Shown here: in pieces, positions 20,661 to 29,635 of the stretch
How the letters are laid out: the number at the start of each line of letters is the position of its first letter
Position numbering within the stretch: position 1 is the stretch's first letter
Origin: Pseudanabaena sp. ABRG5-3
GTDB lineage: Bacteria; Cyanobacteriota; Cyanobacteriia; Pseudanabaenales; Pseudanabaenaceae
Direction of reading: 5' to 3'
DNA length: 64,000 nt
Assembly: GCF_003967015.1 (NCBI RefSeq)
Contig: NZ_AP017560.1
Span: 3,034,048 to 3,098,047 of the forward strand
Position numbers and translations under genes: made by a program
Notes under the pieces: generated by a model
What the model saw: the letters and a program-made list of their open reading frames with translations, nothing else
Databases searched by the model: none
Told to the model about the DNA's origin: nothing

Positions 20661-20674
20661 TTTTAGGAAATCTG

Positions 20675-21202
20675 TTATTTTGCCTCGATCGCACCGCGAA
20701 ACATATTCATGCCACAGGCAAACTCATAGTTTCCTGCCTTGGGCGGCGTGAATTCGATTGTTGTGGTTTTATTCAATTCTAGATACTGGGCGATGTGGAA
20801 ATCAGCGATTCGCACCTCTTCTAAGCAACTGCTAGGATCTCGACGGAGAAAGTTGAGGCGCACAAGTTGACCAGCATTGACGACAATTCTTGAAGGTTCA
20901 TAACCACCATCAACAACGACAGTTACTTCTTGAATACCAGATTCAGCTTCGGCTTTTTTAGACTTAGGCTTACTGAGGAGAAACCACCAAATCTCTGCAC
21001 CGATTAATCCAGCACCAACCACAGTAACAATAATTTTGTTTGCTAGTGGTTGATCGATCGCTTTAAACTGCGTAGGTTTACCAGTCTCAGTTTGCATATT
21101 GTGATCATCAGACATCTTTTCTGAAGCGATCGCCCCAGAGATAGCGCCAAATAGAAAGCCAATACCCACTAGAGTTGCAAAGAATGTTGTTTTTTTTAAC
21201 AT
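20675..21202 (-). CDS. Membrane-anchored cupredoxin-like domain protein (Cupredoxin_1 type).
   Basis: Two N-terminal TM segments. The C-terminal ...SSCLEE...FHIAQ...GNYEFACGMNMFRG carries C, H, C and M in the cupredoxin arrangement. Confidence 0.7.
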   Translation of the reverse strand: MLKKTTFFATLVGIGFLFGAISGAIASEKMSDDHNMQTETGKPTQFKAIDQPLANKIIVTVVGAGLIGAEIWWFLLSKPKSKKAEAESGIQEVTVVVDGGYEPSRIVVNAGQLVRLNFLRRDPSSCLEEVRIADFHIAQYLELNKTTTIEFTPPKAGNYEFACGMNMFRGAIEAK

Positions 21203-21220
21203 GATGTTTTTTTCTTGAGT

Positions 21221-21255
21221 AATAAGTTATTGGTTATTGGCTATTAGCTGTTAGC
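21221..21255. repeat. Heptamer tandem repeat (TRTTAGC orientation) at the left flank of the MITE-A copy.
   Basis: gttattg-gttattg-gctatta-gctgtta-gc. The right flank 21355-21372 continues agctattagctgttagct. Confidence 0.6.
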
Positions 21256-21354
21256 TACAGCCTATTGAGGGATTAAGGGATACACATATTGAAACGCAAA
21301 CATGGCGAGAGCAAGCCCCAGCCTGTATTACTTATAACCTCAACAGGCTGTATT
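21256..21354. mobile_element. MITE-A copy 1: 99-bp element with terminal inverted repeats TACAGCCT...AGGCTGTA.
   Basis: 100% identical to 28577-28675. It is inserted inside a heptamer-repeat array. Confidence 0.7.
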
Positions 21355-21420
21355 AGCTATTAGCTGTTAGCTTTGGGAACAGTTTTACAGGTCGCAAAAT
21401 TCAAAATTAGTAAGGTGATA

Positions 21421-21476
21421 GCTAAAAGCCAAGAGCTAATGGCTAAAAGCTAATAGCTAACAGCTAATCACTAAAA
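21421..21476. repeat. Heptamer tandem repeat GCTAAYA, 8 units, in inverted orientation relative to 21221-21255.
   Basis: gctaaaa gccaaga gctaatg gctaaaa gctaata gctaaca gctaatc actaaaa. The array overlaps the copA stop. Confidence 0.65.
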
Positions 21477-23723
21477 TCTAGGTTTAAACTTCTTCAATCG
21501 CAAAGCATTCGTTACCACTGAAACAGAACTAAATGCCATTGCGCCGCCTGCAATCACAGGACTAAGCAACCAACCGAAGAAGGGGAAGAGAATCCCTGCG
21601 GCGATGGGAATACCTATGATGTTGTAGATAAAGGCAAAGAAGAGGTTTTGGCGGATATTTTGGATCGTAGCGCGGGATAGTTGGATGGCGGTGACAATGC
21701 CTTGCAAATCGCCCGAAATGAGGGTGATGTCACTAGCCGCGATCGCTACATCCGTACCCGTACCGATCGCAATGCCGACATCTGCCTGAGCAAGCGCAGG
21801 CGCATCATTGATACCATCGCCCACCATTGCCACGATACTACCTTCATTTTGTAAACGCTGAATTTGAGCAGACTTTTGATCAGGACGTACTTCCGCAAAC
21901 ACGCGATCGATGCCAACTTCGTGGGCAATTACTTCCGCAGTGCGGCGATTGTCGCCTGTGAGCATGACTACTTCTAAGCCCATGCGTTGTAAGGTGCGAA
22001 TCACTTTCACTGAGGAAGGTTTGACCGCATCGGCAATGCCCATCACACCTTGGACTTTACCATTAATGGCAATCCAGATCGCAGTATTTCCTTTTCTCTC
22101 TAGGGTATCCCAAGCCTGTTCTAAGGATGCCGTTGCAATTCCCAAGTCCTGCATCCAGCGATAGGTTCCAATCTGTACCAAATGTCCGTCAACATAGCCA
22201 CGTACACCACTACCTGCGATCGCTTCAAAATCTTGAGCATCAGTTAATTCCACTTTGAGCGCCTTAGCATAACGCACGATCGCTTCCGCTAAGGGATGTT
22301 CAGAATAGCGTTCTACGGTGGCAGCCATACTTAATAACTCTAAAACTTTATGATCGGGCATTCCTGCGGTGGTTACAAAATGGGTGACGCTGGGCTTGCC
22401 TTCGGTAATTGTGCCTGTTTTATCAAGAACAATCGTTTGCAAATTATGCGCCTGTTCCAAACTATCCGCACCCTTAATCAGAATTCCATTCTCGGCACCT
22501 TTGCCAGTTCCCACCATGATCGATGTGGGTGTGGCTAAGCCCAAGGCACAGGGACAGGCAATAATCAGCACACCGACGGTGGTAATCAACGCAAGGGTGA
22601 CATTGCTCATGAAGTTATACCAGACGATAAAAGTGGCGATCGCGATCGCAATGACGATTGGCACAAAGAAACCTGTGACGCGATCGGCAAGGCGTTGAAT
22701 CGGGGCTTTGGAACCTTGGGCTTGCTGCACCAATTTCACAATTTGCGCTAAGAAAGTATCCTTACCAATGCGAGTAGCGCGAAACTTGAAACTACCAGTT
22801 TTATTGATGGTTGCGCCGATCACCTCATCACCGACCTGCTTCTTGACCGCAACACTCTCGCCCGTGACCATCGCCTCGTCAATGGTGGAACTTCCTTCGA
22901 TAATCTCTCCATCGACGGGAATCTTTCCCCCCGGACGCACCAAGATCACATCATCGAGTTGTACTTCGGCGATCGCAATATCCATTTCTCGACCATGCCG
23001 AATCACTCGCGCTGTTTTCGCCTGCAAGCCCATTAATTTGCGGATTGCCTCTGAGGTGCTTCCCTTGGCGCGATTCTCAAAGAGTTTGCCGAGCAAAATC
23101 AAAGTAATAATTACCGAAGATGCCTCAAAATAGACATCGGCAGTTAAACCCTGCGAAGTAAAAAAGTCTGGATTAACTGTGGCAAAGATGGAATAGCCGT
23201 AGGCGGCTCCCGTACCAGTAGCAACGAGCGTATCCATCGTGGCAGCGTGACGTTTGAAAGCTTTGCCAGCATTGATATAGAAACTCGCACCACACCAAAA
23301 TTGCACAGGAATCGTCAAGACCATTTGCAACCAAGAATTGTGCATCCATGCAGGAATGAAGGGCAAGCTCAAACCTGTCATCATCGGTAATCCACCAATT
23401 ACCAGAAATAGACTAATCGCACCACCAATGATCACCTTACGATGGAGAGCCTGCTCTTCTTTGCGTCTGGTTGCCTGTTCTTCGTCATCAGTAACTAAGG
23501 GATTTTCTTCTTTCAGTAATTGCGAGGAATAACCTGCATCGGCGATCGCCTGTTGAATTTTGTTAACGTCAACGGCTTTAGGGTTATAGGTGACAGTGGC
23601 TTGCTCTGCGCCAAAGTTGACATTACATTGCTCAACACCTGAGACATTGCTAACGACTCTTTCAATGCTACTGGCACAGGAGGCACAACTCATCCCTCGT
23701 AATTTCAGTGTAGTCGTTTCCAT
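21471..23723 (-). CDS. copA: Copper-translocating P1B-type ATPase (CopA/PacS/CtaA-like).
   Basis: N-terminal HMA with [11 protein letters not shown], the CPC ion motif [13 protein letters not shown], the phosphorylation site [11 protein letters not shown], and the HP and GDGINDAP motifs. Confidence 0.95.
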   Translation of the reverse strand: METTTLKLRGMSCASCASSIERVVSNVSGVEQCNVNFGAEQATVTYNPKAVDVNKIQQAIADAGYSSQLLKEENPLVTDDEEQATRRKEEQALHRKVIIGGAISLFLVIGGLPMMTGLSLPFIPAWMHNSWLQMVLTIPVQFWCGASFYINAGKAFKRHAATMDTLVATGTGAAYGYSIFATVNPDFFTSQGLTADVYFEASSVIITLILLGKLFENRAKGSTSEAIRKLMGLQAKTARVIRHGREMDIAIAEVQLDDVILVRPGGKIPVDGEIIEGSSTIDEAMVTGESVAVKKQVGDEVIGATINKTGSFKFRATRIGKDTFLAQIVKLVQQAQGSKAPIQRLADRVTGFFVPIVIAIAIATFIVWYNFMSNVTLALITTVGVLIIACPCALGLATPTSIMVGTGKGAENGILIKGADSLEQAHNLQTIVLDKTGTITEGKPSVTHFVTTAGMPDHKVLELLSMAATVERYSEHPLAEAIVRYAKALKVELTDAQDFEAIAGSGVRGYVDGHLVQIGTYRWMQDLGIATASLEQAWDTLERKGNTAIWIAINGKVQGVMGIADAVKPSSVKVIRTLQRMGLEVVMLTGDNRRTAEVIAHEVGIDRVFAEVRPDQKSAQIQRLQNEGSIVAMVGDGINDAPALAQADVGIAIGTGTDVAIAASDITLISGDLQGIVTAIQLSRATIQNIRQNLFFAFIYNIIGIPIAAGILFPFFGWLLSPVIAGGAMAFSSVSVVTNALRLKKFKPRF

Positions 23724-23842
23724 GTTTACCTCTCGAAATTCTTATGAAATCAATGAAGTGTCGCGTTTTACGCGGCACTTCTTGATTAGACTGGATATAT
23801 CATGCATTCTCCAGTGAGATGGAGAGTCAAGGGGTAAACCCA

Positions 23843-23872
23843 AATATTTTAAAAGGTGGCGCTAAGCGTCAC
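23843..23872 (-). terminator. Hairpin terminator after the first DUF305 gene.
   Basis: aaaaggtggcgctaagcgtcacctttt. Confidence 0.5.
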
Positions 23873-23884
23873 CTTTTAAAATAT

Positions 23885-24646
23885 TTAGCGAATATTACTG
23901 TACCAACCTTGCATCTGATCAATTTCTTGGCTTTGCGATCGCAAAATATTTTGAGCAAGCTTACGCATTTCAGGGCGATCGCTATCGACGATCATATTGC
24001 TCATCATCAATGCCATCTTGTGATGGGGAATCATCTCGGCTAAAAACTCCTTATCAAAATCACCATCAGTAGCGGTTTCGAGCGTTTTGAGATCGGTCGC
24101 CATCATACTCATACCCATCATGTTGCCCATGCCCATTTTGCCGTGATTCATACCCATCATGTGATTGGAGGATTTCATAGGACGGCTAGGCATATCGGGG
24201 ACATCAGCTTTGTACCAGTCCTTATACCAAGCTCGCATTTGGGCAATTTCAAGGGTTTGATCGCGTTTAATTGCTGCCGCTAATTTTAGAACATCAGCAT
24301 TTTTCGATCGCTTCAGCGCCAGATCCGCCATCTTCACGGCTCCATCATGGTGCGGGATCATCATTTCAATAAAATGGCGATCGGCAAATTCGCCACTCAT
24401 CATCATGGGATTGGGCATCCCTTGATTTGTCCTTATGGCAGCATTTGTGGCATTAGGACAAGCACCAGCATCAAGAGGCTTCTTTAGAGGATTCTGTGTT
24501 TGTGCTTGAACGAGGCTTGTCATTGCACTTGTAATGGCGATCGCAGCAACCATACCAGCGCACCCTAAGATCCATAATCTATGGGATTTGCGATCGCTTA
24601 CTGGTAGATTTTCTAGGTTAGAGTCTCTAGGTTCTGTTGATTTCAT
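23885..24646 (-). CDS. DUF305-family periplasmic metal-binding protein (CopM-like) with a Met/His-rich segment.
   Basis: Two MIPHH(D/K) boxes (FIEMMIPHHDGAVKMA and AEMIPHHKMALMM) and a MGMNHGKMGMGNMMGMSMM tract. An N-terminal TM/signal segment is present. Confidence 0.8.
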   Translation of the reverse strand: MKSTEPRDSNLENLPVSDRKSHRLWILGCAGMVAAIAITSAMTSLVQAQTQNPLKKPLDAGACPNATNAAIRTNQGMPNPMMMSGEFADRHFIEMMIPHHDGAVKMADLALKRSKNADVLKLAAAIKRDQTLEIAQMRAWYKDWYKADVPDMPSRPMKSSNHMMGMNHGKMGMGNMMGMSMMATDLKTLETATDGDFDKEFLAEMIPHHKMALMMSNMIVDSDRPEMRKLAQNILRSQSQEIDQMQGWYSNIR

Positions 24647-24792
24647 AACTGTTCTCCTGAACTCATACCTCTAGCCTAGTTCAAAAAAATGAACTCGGAA
24701 TGAAACTCCAGATCTAGCAATCTTAATTCAATAAAACTTAATGCAATTCATAAATGACAAGCTTTTCGCACAATGGCTTAAGTAGCTAACTC

Positions 24793-24826
24793 AAAGCCAA
24801 TGGCACACGATGTGCGTGTGCCATTG
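24793..24826. promoter_or_regulatory. Perfect 15-bp-arm palindrome in the divergent promoter region between the two DUF305 genes.
   Basis: agccaatggcacacg-atgt-gcgtgtgccattggct, followed by a T run. Confidence 0.4.
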
Positions 24827-24950
24827 GCTCTATTTTTTAATGATAAAGCTGTTCCTGTGGAGAACCTACAGAGCTTTTGAAGAAAAGTATAATATTCCGT
24901 AAGTTTAAATTTAAAATTTAGCTTTTTTACTGTAAGTTGGCATTTTAATA

Positions 24951-25682
24951 ATGAAGATTCTCAATTCCTTAGGGTTTGATCAGTTTCACAAGTCGTTAAG
25001 GCGATCGCTGCTGGTTGCGATCGCAATTGGTGGACTTAGTACTTCCTGTAGTAACCCCAGTGATACTGCGACAAATTCCGCAAATACTGAAGCTCCAAAA
25101 GCTCAAACCCAGCCCGTCAGTTCAACTACTCCCTCTCCTGCTAAACCCGCAAATCATAGTGGGATGAATCATGGGGAAATGAGTTTAGGTGCAGCCGACT
25201 CTGACTATGATTTGCGCTTTATCGATGCGATGATTCCTCACCATGAGGGAGCCGTGGTGATGGCAAAGGCAGTCTTAAAAAATTCTCAACGTCCAGAACT
25301 CAAAAAACTTGCCAATGAGATTATTCAGGCGCAAGAGAAAGAGATTGCAGAAATGAAGCAATGGCGTAAAGCATGGTATCCCAATGTTAGTGATACACCA
25401 ATGGCTTGGCATAAGGAAATGAATCACATGATGCCCATGACTGCCGAACAAAGAGCAACCATGCGGATGGATTTGGATTTAGGTAAAGCTGGTCAAGATT
25501 TTGACTTGAGGTTTATCAATGCGATGATTCCTCACCATGAGGGTGCGGTGGTGATGGCAGAGGATGCGATCGCTAAGTCGAAGCGAGCGGACATCACGAA
25601 ACTAGCAAAGGGAATTATCGCTTCTCAACAAACTGAAATTGCTCAAATGAAGAAATGGCGGAAGGAATGGTACAAGCAATAA
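24951..25682 (+). CDS. Second DUF305-family (CopM-like) secreted protein, tandem two-repeat form.
   Basis: FIDAMIPHHEGAVVMAKAV...EIAEMKQWRKAWY and FINAMIPHHEGAVVMAEDA...EIAQMKKWRKEWY. Signal peptide with Cys. Confidence 0.8.
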   Translation: MKILNSLGFDQFHKSLRRSLLVAIAIGGLSTSCSNPSDTATNSANTEAPKAQTQPVSSTTPSPAKPANHSGMNHGEMSLGAADSDYDLRFIDAMIPHHEGAVVMAKAVLKNSQRPELKKLANEIIQAQEKEIAEMKQWRKAWYPNVSDTPMAWHKEMNHMMPMTAEQRATMRMDLDLGKAGQDFDLRFINAMIPHHEGAVVMAEDAIAKSKRADITKLAKGIIASQQTEIAQMKKWRKEWYKQ

Positions 25683-26459
25683 TCGCTGTGGGATTTTCAT
25701 TTTACCTATGGCAAAATGAAAATCCCTATAGCAATCAACGCGGAACTTGAATTGATGGGGGAATTGCACAAATTGGTGGCTTGGGATAAGCGGGCGGCAA
25801 GTAGGGAATAAGGACGTAAACTCCCATAGGAATGATGATATGGGTTCCAATGTAGGTGATAGTTTTCACCAATCGACGAGAAATCACAATGTTAATTTTG
25901 TCATTGCCATTACTTGGTTGGGCTGATTCGCCACCATTGTGAGATCGGGAGTTGTTTGCCATAATTGACTCATCATTAATATTTTTAGGCGTTGGAGCTT
26001 CGGCACAGCGCTTTTTTGTTTAAAAAGCATATCTGATCAACAATAGTATATTCAATAATTGAATATACTGTCAAGTATACATAATGAGTTTGCAAAAGCC
26101 CTGTAATAAATTACGGGCTGAAAGCTTAAACCTTTTGAAACGTGTTGATTCAAGAGATTTTCTAGTCTGCTTTAGCCGACTTTAGCTTTGAGCCAAGAAC
26201 TTGAGTTCTTGGTTTGTTTGCGTAAGTTCTAACAAGATATATCCACTTTTTAGTTTTTTCCCTTAGATCGTTTTTTTAAATTGATTTTTAATTTGAAAAT
26301 TTTCTAGCTGCTTGATATAGATATTCCTAAGCCTAAATTAGTCTGAGCATAGCTATACTGCTTTATCAAATAGAGGTTAGGATATTAATTACAGAGATAT
26401 AAAATTCTAGTTCTTGAGTTTTGACCGCTAAATATTGCATTCTTGAGGGAGGTGTGGTT

Positions 26460-27377
26460 ATGCCGATCGCTACAGTTAAACAAATCAATAACCAGATCGA
26501 TCTCCAGACTCTGTATGTAAGGTTGAGTCAATTGGGGCTAAATGAGGAATTTGTGCGATCGCATGGATTGCCTGATTGGTGGTGTGCAGAATTTGAGGCG
26601 ACGGATAGTGCTGTGGTGACGGCGGCGGCTTATATATCGGGTCGGTTTAATTTGGATTTGCGATCGCTACTTAATCCTGATCTATCACCAACTTTTCGAG
26701 AATTGCCGAGGACAAAGTTTAAGGCTTATGGAATAGCTGCGACTTGTGATGATATTTCTGCGTGTGAAATTTCACCTGAGCGACTGACTGCCCATCATCT
26801 AGCTTTTCGGATTGCGGAGTTAGTCGCTTTTGCCTATCAGCGAGATTATTGCTCGATCGCAGGGATGACGGCGAGTTCTATTCGCGCCATGATTTTAGAG
26901 AAATATGGCTGTGTGAGTTTAGAGGGGTTACTAGATTTTTGTACGGTGTATGGCATCCCTGTGGCGCATTTTGAGGATTTTCCGAGTTCCCAAATCACCA
27001 AAACTTTTCATGGCATCGTCACGAACTGCGATCGCCGTCCTGTAATTGTGGTGAGTCTAGGTGATCGCGATGTTAGTCATTTAGCCTCTGATTTGGCTTT
27101 TGTGATTGCCCATGAGTTAGGACATATTGCGCTCAATCATTTAGATGACAATGAGACGATTAGCGAGGCGGATATGATTACGGGTAATTTGATTGATGCT
27201 GAGGAGAGTTTAGCGAATCAGTTTGCGAGGGAGTTGATTGGCGATGATGTGGGGGAAAATATATCAATTAATCAGTATTTGAGTCAGTGGTTAGATTGGG
27301 AAAGTTTGAGTAATGACAATCAGGAATATTTGGCTCTGGCTTTAGGTTTGGATATTATGGAAGTTATTAAGGATTAG
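26460..27377 (+). CDS. ImmA/IrrE-like (DUF955-type) zinc metallopeptidase, no HTH domain.
   Basis: HEXXH zinc motif VIAHELGHIALNH. Length about 305 aa. A GGAGG ribosome-binding site lies 7 nt upstream of the ATG at 26460. Confidence 0.55.
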   Translation: MPIATVKQINNQIDLQTLYVRLSQLGLNEEFVRSHGLPDWWCAEFEATDSAVVTAAAYISGRFNLDLRSLLNPDLSPTFRELPRTKFKAYGIAATCDDISACEISPERLTAHHLAFRIAELVAFAYQRDYCSIAGMTASSIRAMILEKYGCVSLEGLLDFCTVYGIPVAHFEDFPSSQITKTFHGIVTNCDRRPVIVVSLGDRDVSHLASDLAFVIAHELGHIALNHLDDNETISEADMITGNLIDAEESLANQFARELIGDDVGENISINQYLSQWLDWESLSNDNQEYLALALGLDIMEVIKD

Positions 27378-27383
27378 TCTCGG

Positions 27384-28001
27384 TTGTTTACTTGTTTTTT
27401 GGATAATGACATTATTCTCAAGTTGTCGGCTTTTGATGTTTTTGAAGAGGCGATCGCCAGTTTAGATATTGATTGGCAGCAGTTGCGGGTGATGGATACT
27501 GCTTATTATGTGTTTCAGGGAAATAGGCAGATTGTCGCTAAATATTCTGAGGAGATTCGCCAGAGAGCGATCGCTGTAACGCAAAGGTGTGAGGCGAGCG
27601 CTATTGATGCTAGTGATGAGTTTTTGCTGCTTCGTGATTTTATCGATATTGGTGAGGCATCTCTGATCGCGGCAACAGGAAAGGAAGAGACTTTTTTCTT
27701 TACGACAGGTGATAAGCGTTGTTTGGAAGCTTTGGCAAATAATCCAAGTTTGTCATCAGTTCACGCTCGCCTATGCGGTCGGACGATTTGTTTAGAGCAG
27801 TTGATTTATCGGTTGATTATGTCTCAAGGGTTTGAGGTAATCCAGAAAAAGATTGTGTCCGCCTATGACTGCGATCGCGCTATCAAAAATATTTTTGGAG
27901 TTTCCACTTTCGCTGATGAGTCAACCGTAATCACCAATTTGCAAAGTTACATTAACGATTTACAACTGCGATCGCGTGGTTTACTCTACACCTTCGACTA
28001 A
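27384..28001 (+). CDS. PIN-like nuclease-fold protein (possibly DUF4411-type), translationally coupled to the ImmA-like gene.
   Basis: N-terminal CFLDNDIILKL matches the first PIN strand (hhDtnvli). Candidate acidic residues are E22/E23, D95 (FIDIGEASLIAAT) and D110 (TTGDKR). The gap to the upstream gene is 6 bp. Confidence 0.4.
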   Translation: MFTCFLDNDIILKLSAFDVFEEAIASLDIDWQQLRVMDTAYYVFQGNRQIVAKYSEEIRQRAIAVTQRCEASAIDASDEFLLLRDFIDIGEASLIAATGKEETFFFTTGDKRCLEALANNPSLSSVHARLCGRTICLEQLIYRLIMSQGFEVIQKKIVSAYDCDRAIKNIFGVSTFADESTVITNLQSYINDLQLRSRGLLYTFD

Positions 28002-28034
28002 AAAGACTTTTCCTTTTTACTTTCTACTTTTTCC

Positions 28035-28493
28035 TTACATCGTTGCTCTGCGGGTAGCGAGAATAAAAACCTTATCGATGCCAATATGAAAGACAAAGCG
28101 AGTGAGCCGATAGAAGGTAATCAGTGAAACGAGACGGTGATTCATTCCCTTTGATTGCATTCTCGTCCGTGATTCCATCATGTCACTAATCCAATGCTGC
28201 CATTCATCCCACTCATCAGGAAAAACTTCAGCTAAACCTTGAGTAAGAGTCGCAATTAAACTTACGTCCCAAGCTCGCCGCTTAAAGTGAATTTGAGTAT
28301 CACTGGGTGGAATTAAGCGATCGGCAATTTTCTCTAAAGATTTAGTGATGCGATTGTTTTTACTAGACTTAAGCAAATGATTTACTTTAATCTGGGCATA
28401 ACTTAGCCTAGCATTAGCATAAGTATTAGCTATAGAAATAGCAAAAGCATTGACAATAGCATTAGTAATGCTGTTAGTTCTAGAACTAGTCAT
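28035..28493 (-). CDS. Hypothetical protein.
   Basis: 152-aa ORF with no recognised motif. The reading frame stays open upstream of its ATG as far as the MITE-A copy. Confidence 0.4.
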   Translation of the reverse strand: MTSSRTNSITNAIVNAFAISIANTYANARLSYAQIKVNHLLKSSKNNRITKSLEKIADRLIPPSDTQIHFKRRAWDVSLIATLTQGLAEVFPDEWDEWQHWISDMMESRTRMQSKGMNHRLVSLITFYRLTRFVFHIGIDKVFILATRRATM

Positions 28494-28576
28494 AGAAAGG
28501 CAAGCTCTAGCAAAAATGCAATCAGCATCGGATTTAGACTTGGCGGCTATATAAATTGCCCTAGCTGCAATAGAGG

Positions 28577-28675
28577 TACAGCCTATTGAGGGATTAAGGG
28601 ATACACATATTGAAACGCAAACATGGCGAGAGCAAGCCCCAGCCTGTATTACTTATAACCTCAACAGGCTGTATT
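28577..28675. mobile_element. MITE-A copy 2.
   Basis: Identical 99 bp to 21256-21354. Its inverted end supplies the last four codons and the TGA stop of the 28661..29089 ORF. Confidence 0.7.
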
Positions 28676-29089
28676 CCTAGCATGAATTTTAGTCTTATTA
28701 GCATTAGTCTTAGCCTTTATCAATACATTCTCTGCTTTATTAACTAAAGAGATTGCTTCATCAATACAACTACTATTCAAACTAGTAATATTCTTTTTTG
28801 CATAGATAGCTTTTATTTTGCCTGAAATATTTCTAGAGCAACGAACAGCAGATTTTGCTTCATGAAGAGCAGATTTTGCTTCAATTACTAAAGAATGAGT
28901 CTCAGACATAGAAGTATAAATGTCGGAAATAACATTACTAAGTACTGAATCGTCGACATTTTTAACTAGAGACTCACTAGCTTTAGCCATAGCATTAATT
29001 CGATTGAAGGTCTCAGATTTAACCTTACCCTTAAGAGATTTCAATTCTAGTAAAGCCCAAAACAAAACTATTGGATTGGTCTGATTCAT
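28661..29089 (-). CDS. Hypothetical alpha-helical protein, second gene of the PadR operon, with its 3' end in the MITE.
   Basis: 142-aa Lys/Ser/Ala-rich ORF that starts 3 bp after the padR stop. Its C-terminal ...NTAC-stop is encoded by the MITE TIR. Confidence 0.45.
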   Translation of the reverse strand: MNQTNPIVLFWALLELKSLKGKVKSETFNRINAMAKASESLVKNVDDSVLSNVISDIYTSMSETHSLVIEAKSALHEAKSAVRCSRNISGKIKAIYAKKNITSLNSSCIDEAISLVNKAENVLIKAKTNANKTKIHARNTAC

Positions 29090-29091
29090 CG

Positions 29092-29436
29092 TTATATCCC
29101 TCCGATCGCCATTACAGAAGTCAACCCGCTTAAAAACACTTCTCTTTCATTAAGAGCGCGACTACCCTCACCCGCAATGACATAATAACGCCGCCTTGCG
29201 CCAGTTAGCTCCTCTGGAGTCTCATCACCCCAACGAGAAGTCACAAAACCCTTTTCCTCAAGTTTCTTCAGCGTCGGATATAGCGAACTAAAACCGATCT
29301 TGCGCTTACCATGACTCGCCTTCGCGATCGCATCGATAATTTCTAAACCATAACGTTCGCGATCGCGCACAGCATATAGCACCATCTCCTCAGTGGGCGT
29401 AAGGTCTAAGGGATCATCAGACTTTTTGCGTGCCAT
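29092..29436 (-). CDS. PadR-family transcriptional regulator.
   Basis: Winged-helix signature EEMVLYAV...YGLEIIDAI...SSLYPTLKKLEEKGFV. Confidence 0.85.
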   Translation of the reverse strand: MARKKSDDPLDLTPTEEMVLYAVRDRERYGLEIIDAIAKASHGKRKIGFSSLYPTLKKLEEKGFVTSRWGDETPEELTGARRRYYVIAGEGSRALNEREVFLSGLTSVMAIGGI

Positions 29437-29635
29437 AACCTAATATACATACAATCTATAACAGATTATACATTAATTAGATATATAGTCTATAGCAATC
29501 CTAAATAGTTTGTGGAAGCACACCCCAAAGGGGTGCGCTTCCACAAACCTATACATCTTGAAAACATTTACATAGGGCGATCGGCTAAAAAGTTTATAAT
29601 ACCTTCAGCACAATTACCTAGAATCATCTAAGCGC

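Noticed and set aside
21746-23133. Several 60-140-aa ORFs antisense to, or out of frame within, copA (for example 22369-22698 and 22708-23133).
   Set aside because: They lie entirely inside a high-confidence 750-aa P-type ATPase gene. They are typical shadow ORFs of a GC-skewed coding region.
25602-25962. Two overlapping minus-strand ORFs in the spacer after the second DUF305 gene.
   Set aside because: They overlap each other and the end of the DUF305 gene, are Pro/His-rich and low-complexity, and have no start context.
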